A stretch of DNA of 11,036 nucleotides from Octopus sinensis (taxonomy: Eukaryota), in assembly GCF_006345805.1 (NCBI RefSeq), contig NW_021827158.1, forward strand, positions 1-11,036. Direction: 5' to 3'. The translations under genes and the position numbers were made by a program. The notes beneath the pieces were generated by a model. That model had not been told where the DNA came from. It searched no databases and worked only from the letters and a program-made list of their open reading frames with translations. The first letter of the stretch is position 1; each line of letters opens with the position of its first letter. Positions 1 through 8,253 of this stretch are shown in pieces.

Positions 1-92
1 CTTCCTTATTCATCTATCACCCCTTCCTTTCTCATTCATGTATTGTGACGGAGAAAATCACAAGAGTATCATTATAGTAGATTATTATAATT

Positions 93-170
93 GCCTTTGC
101 ACAGCTTTTAACGCTGGAGATGTACTACAGTGTCAGCCGTTCCCTACTAGTGAACTAACATAACACCTCT
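93..170 (-). mobile_element. 3'-UTR-only fragment of an R4/Dong-clade LINE (copy A)
   Basis: Aligns without gaps to 285-361, the 3' UTR of copy B (66/77 identical by manual count). Flanked by ATTATTATAATT (81-92) and a long (ATT)n (from 170). The truncation point falls at about the position of the ORF stop codon in copy B. Confidence 0.85.
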
Positions 171-201
171 ATTATTATTATTGTTGTTATTATTATTATT
201 G

Positions 202-274
<73 letters not shown>

Positions 275-284
275 CATTATTATT
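170..284. repeat. (ATT)n/(TAA)n trinucleotide microsatellite with a few GTT/ATC variants
   Basis: Read directly from the sequence. It separates Dong copies A and B. Confidence 0.98.
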
Positions 285-683
285 GCCATTGCACAGATTC
301 TAACGCAGGAGATGTACTACAGTGTCAGTTGTTCACTACCAGTGAACTAAGGTAACACATCTTACTTTTCGAGCACCTTCTGGAGTATTCGAGCTGTTCC
401 AAGCAGTGCTGTTTTCTGCAAGTGCTCCACCCTTATTGCAGCCCGTATTTGTTCCACGTATTTATCGAGATTTTTGCTCACTGTTCTCGGGGCTCCGACA
501 ATTATTGGTACTACTGCTACCTTTTTCATCGACCACAACTGCTTAACTTCCCAAGCTAACCTGTCATATCTCTCAACTTTTCTTTCTTCTTTATCGCATA
601 CATTGTTGTTAGCTGGGCATGCTATATCTATAATCCAGCATAGTTTGATTTTTTCTTCTCAATTAAGACTATGTCTGGCATTC
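285..683 (-). mobile_element. 5'-truncated R4/Dong-clade non-LTR retrotransposon (copy B): C-terminal restriction-like endonuclease (RLE) domain plus 3' UTR
   Basis: Manual minus-strand translation gives MPDIVLIEKK (682-~652), a 1-nt frameshift, then KLCWIIDIACPANNNVCDKEERKVERYDRLAWEVKQLWSMKKVAVVPIIVGAPRTVSKNLDKYVEQIRAAIRVEHLQKTALLGTARILQKVLEK* (TAA at 364-362). The PD...D...K pattern and the LQK..LLGTARIL.KVL terminus are typical of R4/Dong RLE ORFs. Both ends abut (TAA)n, the known Dong target. Confidence 0.93.

Positions 684-725
<42 letters not shown>
684..725. repeat. (TAT)n/(TAA)n microsatellite at the 5' junction of Dong copy B
   Basis: Read directly from the sequence. Confidence 0.98.
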
Positions 726-728
<3 letters not shown>

Positions 729-961
729 AAAATTGGCGTAACTCTTCACGAAAGTAAAGAGGCAATAAGAAAAGCGCGATACGTTTTGTAATAAATTGTT
801 TATTTAACCGTTATCTCAACAATATCTCAACAAATCGTCTGTCTTCAGATTCAAAATGTAAAATGAAAACAGCCGCAGATACTCAGAAATTCAAAAGATA
901 TCCGAGGAATTCGTGCATTCCTATTTTAGTCCTTCATCATCAGTTTTCAATTTTCTAACTC

Positions 962-1007
962 GAAAAAGAAAAGAAAAAAAAGAAAAAAAAAAAAAAAAGA
1001 AAAAAGA
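962..1007. repeat. A-rich (A/G) tract; a T-rich polypyrimidine tract on the minus strand
   Basis: GAAAAAGAAAAGAAAAAAAAG(A)16GAAAAAAG. On the minus strand it is followed by CGAG/TTAG, so it could be a 3' splice-site tract. Confidence 0.9.
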
Positions 1008-1706
1008 ATATTTAATCGAACAATTTTTGTAAATGCGATGAGATTCACCTGCCATTTTACTCATTTCTCCAGGGCGTGCAGTAAGTAATTCACAAATATA
1101 TTTTATCCTCATGCATTTTGAGGAGCGAAAGTGTAGCAGATTCAGAACATTTTCTGGGAATATGCACTTTCCGTTGTTCCTCAAAATTGCAGCCGTTTGA
1201 TGTAAAATGTTCAGCAAGTTTTGTCGAACTACTGCTATTGTGCCCATACTTGAGCCCATTGAATCTTTTGTTTTATTGTTCTGTTGTACAAATAGCTTAA
1301 GTTCTGCTGTGTACTCCAAATGGGAATCTTTACACGTCCTTCTTTCCGTGTAGATCATAACATTTCTGTTATGATTCCTAATGGAATTGACTTGATTCAT
1401 GTTGTTGCACCACGAACCAGCTCCATGATGCATCCTGGTCTTTTAAATTGTTAGATTCACAGTGGAACTGACCATATAATTCCATGAGGAGTAGTGATTC
1501 TTATTGGCTATTCGTGATCGGAATTCATTAGCACTCTTAATTCCATTTTGTATAAATCGTTTTGCATTAGCAGCATACTGTAGAAGATCTTTGCTGTTTA
1601 CCAAATGCTCTGTCATGTTTCTTCTTTCGTTCCTGCAATTTAAGGGATATTTGACCGGTATATCAAACGAATCAAAGACCATGTAGGAAGGATCTTCATT
1701 GGTTCT
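1008..1706 (-). pseudogene. Unidentified coding-like frame of ~233 codons interrupted by one in-frame TAA (1445-1443); pseudogene, exon or TE ORF remnant
   Basis: Track ORFs 1443..1682 and 921..1433 share a frame (1682-1433 = 249 nt = 83 codons) and are joined by *KTR. The sequence is non-repetitive with ordinary amino-acid composition. I recognise no family with confidence. Confidence 0.5.
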
Positions 1707-1756
1707 TCACATTGAAGTAGTGCTATATGTGTGTCTAGTGTCTGTGTAACACATGC

Positions 1757-1761
1757 ATATA

Positions 1762-1800
<39 letters not shown>
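1757..1800. repeat. (TA)n microsatellite
   Basis: Read directly from the sequence. Confidence 0.98.
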
Positions 1801-1804
<4 letters not shown>

Positions 1805-2079
1805 AAATATTAGGGAATAAATCCAAATTTACAGGGAAAAAATCAGATTTAGGATTAAATCCAATTTTATAGTATAAATTATAGAATATTAATTAGAGAC
1901 AAAACCACTATTTTGCAAACAAACAAGGAAAGACTAATCAATACATACAATTTTAATAAAAAGTAAAAAATACTTTTTATTTTTATTTTTATTTTTTACT
2001 TTTTATTAAAATTTTATGTATTGATTAAGTCTTTCCTTGTTTGTTTTGCAAAATACTGGTTTTGTCTCTAATTAATATT
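1801..2079. mobile_element. Probable Penelope-like element terminal (pseudo-LTR) fragment with a partial inverted duplication
   Basis: Flanked by (TA)n on both sides and contains a ~90-bp-arm inverted repeat. The start GAATAAATATTAGGGAATAAATCCAAA resembles a dispersed octopus repeat I recall. Partial inverted terminal repeats are a known feature of Penelope-like insertions. No coding or ribozyme motif is present here, so the family call is tentative. Confidence 0.4.
1885..2079. repeat. Long inverted repeat: arms 1885-1972 and 1990-2079, 17-nt spacer
   Basis: AATATTAATTAGAGACAAAACCACTATTTTGCAAACAAACAAGGAAAGACTAATCAATACATACAATTTTAATAAAAAGTAAAAAATA matches the reverse complement of 1990-2079 with 2 mismatches and 2 single-base indels. 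Confidence 0.97.
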
Positions 2080-2096
2080 ATATATATATATATATT

Positions 2097-2151
2097 TACA
2101 GAGACAGACAGACAGATAGAAAGAGAGAGAAAGAGACAGACAGACAGACAG
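2097..2151. repeat. Compound (GACA)n/(GA)n microsatellite
   Basis: Read directly from the sequence. Confidence 0.9.
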
Positions 2152-2280
2152 TCAAACATAAAGTTAGATATTGATCTGGATATGCATGAATATGGATGTG
2201 GATGTTCATATACGTATATATGAATGTGAATATATATATATGTACATGTGTATGTACATGTGTATATATGTGTGCGTAAG

Positions 2281-2528
2281 GTAGGAGAGTCCAGTTTGCT
2301 GGACATTGTTGTAGAGCTGAAAAAGAAGTAATTTCTACTCTTCTCCTCTGGAAGCCATCTACTCGCAATACCAGAGGGCGCACACTCTCCTACCCTGATG
2401 TAATCTCCAGGGATACAGGCATCCAGCAACAGGACCTCCGTAATGCCATGATGGACCGTGAAGTCTGGCGTAGCATGGTAAATTCCATTGTCTCGACCTC
2501 GGTCGAACAATGATGATGATGATGATGA
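2281..2528 (+). mobile_element. 5'-truncated RTE/RTE-X-type LINE 3' end with (TGA)6 tail and 10-bp TSD
   Basis: Stop-free frame 2283-2513: RRVQFAGHCCRAEKEVISTLLLWKPSTRNTRGRTLSYPDVISRDTGIQQQDLRNAMMDREVWRSMVNSIVSTSVEQ*. The R..F/W.GH..R, RGR and M.DR..WR motifs match RTE-clade C-termini. Tail (TGA)6 at 2511-2528. Direct repeat TGTGCGTAAG at 2271-2280 and 2529-2538. Confidence 0.92.
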
Positions 2529-2851
2529 TGTGCGTAAGTTTGTTTGACGATGTAATTTTTTTTCTTTTTCTATGTGAAATGCAGTTTCCTTCCTTCAACA
2601 AAATAAATTGGCTTCCTTCACACGTCAGGTATTTATATTTCCTTTATCTTCCATGGTACCACTGACCTGATTAACTGACAGACAGCTATCACCGAACTTT
2701 TAGCCTGGTTAGCTGGGTCCCTGGAACGTCTTCGATCTCGTCAGATGAAGTCAGACCTCAACAATGAAATTGTTTCATTCAACGAGACTAATGTTGAAAC
2801 ATGCTGGAACGGAAATGGGAGATGATGCAGTGCATTTTTAGCTATGTAATT

Positions 2852-2880
2852 ATATGTGTGTGTGTGTGAGAGAGAGAGAG

Positions 2881-2911
<31 letters not shown>

Positions 2912-2912
2912 A
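2852..2912. repeat. Compound (TG)n(AG)n(TG)n microsatellite
   Basis: Read directly from the sequence. Confidence 0.97.
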
Positions 2913-3191
2913 TACTCATTGTTTCTGTTTTTCAATTTTTTTCCTGCTTTCCTAAATTTGTTCTGTTGCTTTATATATTTTCTCGATAAAAAGGAATTTT
3001 ATTTGAATGTTTTAATTCGCTGAGAAAATTTTTTGCTTTCTTGATTGTTGTCTTTATATTCTTTGTTTGTATATATATGTACGTATGTATATATTAATAT
3101 AGTATATATGATATATATATATTATATATCTATATAGTATATATAATATTATATATATATAATATATATACATATTGTATATATATGTATA

Positions 3192-3224
<33 letters not shown>

Positions 3225-3416
3225 ATATTATATATAAGATATATTTATATATTTATATATATTATATTATATATTCTATATATTATATATTTATTATACG
3301 ATATATGCATGTCGGCGCGCACGACTATACGTGTGTATACACTTATACGTACATCAATAAAGAATATTTTTATAGTTCATTAACAGTTCAGAAAAATCTA
3401 CGCTACTTACATGACC

Positions 3417-3448
<32 letters not shown>

Positions 3449-3767
3449 ATATATTATATATATATATATATGTATATATGTGTATAGGGAGATAATAGAT
3501 CTCATTCATTTTTGGATTCGCGATTACTGGGTGTCTGGCATGGTTTGTCCGATGTTACAGATATCGACGGGTATGTTTGATTCTTAGTATTTTCAAATCT
3601 AAATCAGAAGAAATCTCTGAGCTGATGAAGGAATGGGCGTTTTACCCAAAATCCAGAACAGACTGTCCTCGGGTATCGTATATGGATGTGATCTTTCATT
3701 GTTTTTCCCTTATACCTATGTGAGTTATTTTTCTGAGTATGCATTGTCTGGAGACTTTTGTTTGCAG

Positions 3768-3819
3768 TTGAAGAAATAGCCAAATTTTTGGCTGCTATTT
3801 CTGAAAAGTTCGGTGTGTG
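3768..3819 (+). other. Candidate 52-nt internal exon
   Basis: CTTTTGTTTGCAG|TTGAAGAAATAGCC...TTCGGTGTGTG|GTAAGT, with one open frame reading EEIAKFLAAISEKFGV. Only the splice signals support it; I found no partner exons. Confidence 0.2.
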
Positions 3820-3888
3820 GTAAGTGAATTTTTTTTACTTACCATATTTTTATAAATTAATATGTATGTATGTATATATATTATATAT

Positions 3889-3956
<68 letters not shown>

Positions 3957-4318
3957 CGCACACAATATATATGTATATATAATGTCTATGTATATATGAA
4001 TGCATATTATGTATATACATTCATATATAACCACCCATACGCACACGTCCACATACACACATAAACACACATATACCCACACATCAAGAAAAAGAAACTC
4101 GCATGTAGATATAAAACGGGAGATGCATATTCTTGGTCGAATGTCGTCGTTTAACTTTCAGCAAAGTAGATTTGTCTAATCCCGAATGACCTATGTGTAC
4201 CTATATGGAGTGGAAATGGTAAGAGGGTTGCGGCCCCAGGGGAGCTGTGAGCAGAAGTATGCACTCACCCATTTTGAAGAGAAGCGACTCGTAGCAGATA
4301 TGACTCAGGAAAACATAC

Positions 4319-4327
4319 CTTGATTCT
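4319..4327 (-). other. Candidate 9-nt microexon
   Basis: Minus strand reads GTAAC-TCGCTTGCTTTTGCTTCTCTCTAG|AGAATCAAG|GTATGT. Only the splice signals support it. Confidence 0.2.
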
Positions 4328-4482
4328 CTAGAGAGAAGCAAAAGCAAGCGAGTTACGTCGGACCATCACTAGACTCCATGAAAGACGCGCACAATCATAT
4401 TTCCATACTTACTACATGCCAACATAGATACCACATATATAAACGTATATGATATATCTATATATATAAATATATATAATAG

Positions 4483-4536
<54 letters not shown>

Positions 4537-5197
4537 GTATAATATAAATATATCTATATTTATATATATATATATATATATATATAAATATATCTATATA
4601 TATATATATAAATATAGATATATATATATATGTATATATATATATATTATATATATATATATAAATATATATACATATATATTATATATAGTGTACTAGT
4701 TATACAGCTATATATATACGTAAATATATGTACCTACATATATACGAACATATTTCTGTAGATGCTGTATGTATATATATATATATATTGATAATATATA
4801 TACATATACATATATATATACACACATATGTGTGTGTATCTGTATATTTATTATATATATACGTATGTATATATGTGTGTGTGCGTGTGTGTGTTTGAAT
4901 GTTTGACTGCTTATATAATTTTAGAAATATAAGCAATATATGTAAAGATAATTCTTATAATCTACATATATATATAAATATATATAATGTATTTATGTAT
5001 GTATATATATATGCATATATATATATATGTGTGTGTACATGTGTGTATATGTATATATATGTATACTATGTATATAGTAATAAACATATGAGCATACGTA
5101 TGTAAATACAAATATATTCATTTGTATGTACGTACAAATATATATACATACAAACTTTTGTAATACCATATATATACATATATATACATATATATAC

Positions 5198-5230
<33 letters not shown>

Positions 5231-5455
5231 CTTGAATGTGCATATCTGTATACGTCTGTATGTGTGCGCGTGCCTACTTGGGTACGTAAGTAAGATGAGG
5301 GTGTGTACGGGTATATATATTCATACATATATGCATATGTATCTATATATATATATATACCTATATGTTATGTACGTATGCATAATATATATATACATAT
5401 ATATATATATACAATATATATAACATATATATACATATATCTATATATTATATAA

Positions 5456-5495
<40 letters not shown>

Positions 5496-5752
5496 ACTTC
5501 TGTAGGGCTATAATTGCATGTATACAATGGTAGAGCATTCGCGATGTGTGTGCAAGTGAGTATGATGTGACAGGAGAGACAGTCCTCGTTCGTGTCTGCG
5601 AGGCATCCATTTGACTAATAAACGTTTGAATTTAAACAGTTCAAACTCACAAACACATAAATTACACATATTTACCGATACATACAAGGGATATATACAT
5701 ACACACACACACATGTATGTTTATGTATATATATATATATTAATATATATTT

Positions 5753-5868
<116 letters not shown>

Positions 5869-6208
5869 TATATACACATATATATACATAGGCGGCATTA
5901 AATACTTTATTTTTTTTCTTGTGTGTACGCAAATATATGCTCGCTATTTATTGTTTCATGCAGTTTCTTCCATATTTAGGAATTGGAATTGCTTTAAGTA
6001 AACATTTATTACGTATTTAAAATATATTTTAAAATGGTTTCCGCATGACATGTATGAAAATATGCATTTACTGTATACTAATGCACAGACATGCCACCAC
6101 TTATTATATCTATACAGCCACACATGCATACTCACACATGTATATATGTATATATATATGTATATATTATATATATATATATAATATATATATAATGTAG
6201 ATATACAT

Positions 6209-6250
<42 letters not shown>

Positions 6251-6546
6251 ATACGTATATAGAGAGATGGATACCTATGTGAGTGTGTGGACCGATCTCG
6301 CGTATGTATGTATTTATATATGTATGTTTTTATGAGGGTGTATACACCCGCTGACCCACTCTCTCACTCACTCACTCACACACTCACACTCAGACACACA
6401 TTTATATTCACACATGTATACACATACGTACAAAGTTTTGCATGTGTCTATTTCTGTGTATATGTGAATTTACACACACATACAGGCGCGCAAACAAGTA
6501 TTAATCTCTATTTTTCATACATATATATATATATATAATATATATT

Positions 6547-6635
<89 letters not shown>

Positions 6636-7029
6636 TATATTTGCGTCTCTGATCCTGTGTATTCGTGTATATGACTGTACTGTATGTGTGCATGCGTGTA
6701 TATGTCTGACGTCATTCTCTGTACTTCTCCGTACTTCTCCGTACAATCATAGAATTTCGGACTACATGGCTCTTTCGACACTGTGCCCATACCCAAGACA
6801 ATTAACTCTCGCTGGCCCAATGCAGTTTCCTGTGAATAGGTTCCATGGGGAGCTCTGCAAATATAACAGGTGTTTTCTCATCTTTTACTTCTTCACATCT
6901 TCCTCTAGACATTGCCTACCCTCTATGCCATTTTTTAAATGTTTTTTTTTTGTGTTGCTTTGGGAATTTTACGGATATTCTTATTGGCATTCAGGTTGAT
7001 CATACATATCTTCGGTCTAAATTAACAAA

Positions 7030-7173
7030 CGTCGTTGTGTGTTAAAAACTTTGCTTCCCAACCAAATGGTCCCGGTGTCAGTCCCACTGCGTGGCACCTT
7101 GGGCAAATGTCTTTTACTATAGCCCAGACCATTGGGAGTAGATTTGGTAGACGGAACTGAAAGAAGCCCATAG

Positions 7174-7218
<45 letters not shown>

Positions 7219-7650
7219 GATAAACAATAACAACGAAAATCACTTGGAACCAGCAACTCCCTTGGATCTGGACTCTATTGAGCATAGTACACCTGGTGCA
7301 GTGTTTGTGCGCATATGCAACCTTCGGACTGGTCGTATATTCAGTCGGTCGTTTCTGATTCTACTCACTACCGAAGTATGTACGTATTTGTTCTTCAAAT
7401 ATTGCTTGTACGCGATAGCGGTTTCACTGACCGATATTGATGCTATACTATCTAAGGACCTGATTTGCTTGAATCCCAAAATTAATGTGTGTGTGTGTGT
7501 ATGTGTGTTTGTCTTCCAAGAGCGCTGAGCCAACGGTGCATTTAGTTTACGACCTCCAAAACAACCGTTCGGCAATGAAGGCGATAGAATAAGTGCCAGG
7601 CGCAATAACTAAGTCCTTGGGCAGATTAGCTCAACTAAATTTTTCCCAAG
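7030..7650 (+). mobile_element. tRNA-derived SINE (octopus-type), copy 1, split by an insert at 7219-7486
   Basis: The 5' half (7030-7170: TTGCTTCCCAACC..ATGGT..GG.GTCAGTCCC..GCACCTTGGGCAAATGTCTT.TACTATAGC..CTGAAAGAAGCCC) and the 3' half (7487-7650: GTTTACGACC..GATAGAATAAGT..AAGTCC) are both colinear with 10043-10409 in this window. A degenerate B-box-like GGTGTCAGTCC lies at ~7075. Confidence 0.9.
7219..7486. other. Unidentified ~267-bp insert within the central microsatellite of SINE copy 1
   Basis: Absent from SINE copy 2, which has only ~30 bp at the equivalent position. Bounded by (TA)n on the left and (TG)n on the right. I see no TIRs, TSD or tail. Confidence 0.75.
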
Positions 7651-7654
7651 TATT

Positions 7655-8213
7655 TACTTACATAAACTGATGCATATTGACATGTCCTTAGAGGTCAATT
7701 CCCACCTGGTTCCTTCCTTTGGGTTTCAAATAAAGACAATAGCAATCTCCCTTTCCAACAGTCAAATACGAATGTTCTGCTCAATCAAGAGTAACAGATC
7801 GAGAAGTTTTGAACCCTGAAATTCCAAACGTTCGTAACATCAGTATTCTAAGCAACTTCTAGATTATGCTTCCATTGATTCCCTTTTTGAGGGAAGTTGC
7901 ATGTGCAGCATTTGACAAATGTATGGACTAAGATACCCTGTCATATCATTGCAAGGAGCCTGTTGGGGTTATTCGGCCACATCCAGAGATTACGTTGTCG
8001 AGTGTCGTTGAATAAGCTCTGGATAGCCGAGAGGGTGGCTGCTTTCATTTCTTCAGAACATTACACTTGTAATTCGTTTTTGGAAGGAACTAACCATGAG
8101 CTACAGGATCATATTCCTCAGTTCCTGACTTCAAACCAGAGCACAGATGTGTGAATGCGTGGTCTACATCAGAGACGTGGTTCCAATCAGGTATTTGACA
8201 GGTAATTGTTTTG
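7655..8213 (-). mobile_element. Heavily decayed R4/Dong-clade LINE fragment (copy D): post-RT linker, CCHC remnant and start of RLE
   Basis: Across frameshifts and stops the minus strand reads KQLPVKY, DVDHAFTHLCSGLKSGTEEY (SGLK 8140-8129), LPKTNYKCNVLKK, LDNVISGC (~7999-7979), YDRV, WKHNLEV.NTDVTNVWNF and DMSI. This order matches the Dong consensus K.LHG.Y/DVD/SGLK.ETEG/DH..SGC/RHD.V/W.EH/LW.F/IDM and parallels copy C. The 5' end abuts (TAA)n; the 3' end is missing. Confidence 0.8.
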
Positions 8214-8216
8214 CTA

Positions 8217-8253
<37 letters not shown>
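8217..8253. repeat. (ATT)n/(TAA)n microsatellite between Dong copies C and D
   Basis: Read directly from the sequence. Confidence 0.98.

Noticed and set aside
93-361. Repeat-spacer-repeat pattern resembling a CRISPR array
   Set aside because: It consists of two LINE 3' UTRs separated by a microsatellite in eukaryotic DNA, with no regular spacers and no cas genes.
474-791. 105-aa plus-strand ORF
   Set aside because: It is antisense to the Dong RLE coding region and reads through (TAT)n as poly-Tyr.
1100-1433. Loose resemblance of GAGSWC...EY...VV...CMR to discoidin (F5/8 type C) domains, and of HHGAGSW to a GT32 glycosyltransferase C-terminal motif
   Set aside because: Key discoidin motifs (QIDL, TQG) are missing and the spacing is off. 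The GT32 match is a single short motif with no DXD context.
1440-1472. 33-nt GT...AG interval (minus strand) that would remove the in-frame stop
   Set aside because: It is too short for a typical metazoan spliceosomal intron and has no pyrimidine tract.
2025-2601. Minus-strand ORFs 2025..2510, 2096..2383 and 2359..2601
   Set aside because: They are antisense to the RTE fragment and run through microsatellites. The real coding frame is on the plus strand at 2283-2513.
6700-7020. Possible very old RTE-like remnant (minus-strand GIEGR/SRGR) and a 10-bp tandem GTACTTCTCC x2 at 6721-6744
   Set aside because: The motifs are too short and out of order to call an element. The tandem is a trivial local slippage.
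7030-7110. tRNA gene
   Set aside because: Only degenerate A/B-box-like motifs are present and no cloverleaf forms. It is the tRNA-derived head of a SINE.
7655-7880. Minus-strand frame with several TGA codons, suggesting TGA=Trp (NUMT or alternative genetic code)
   Set aside because: The region is explained as frameshifted Dong copy D, and there is no similarity to mitochondrial proteins.
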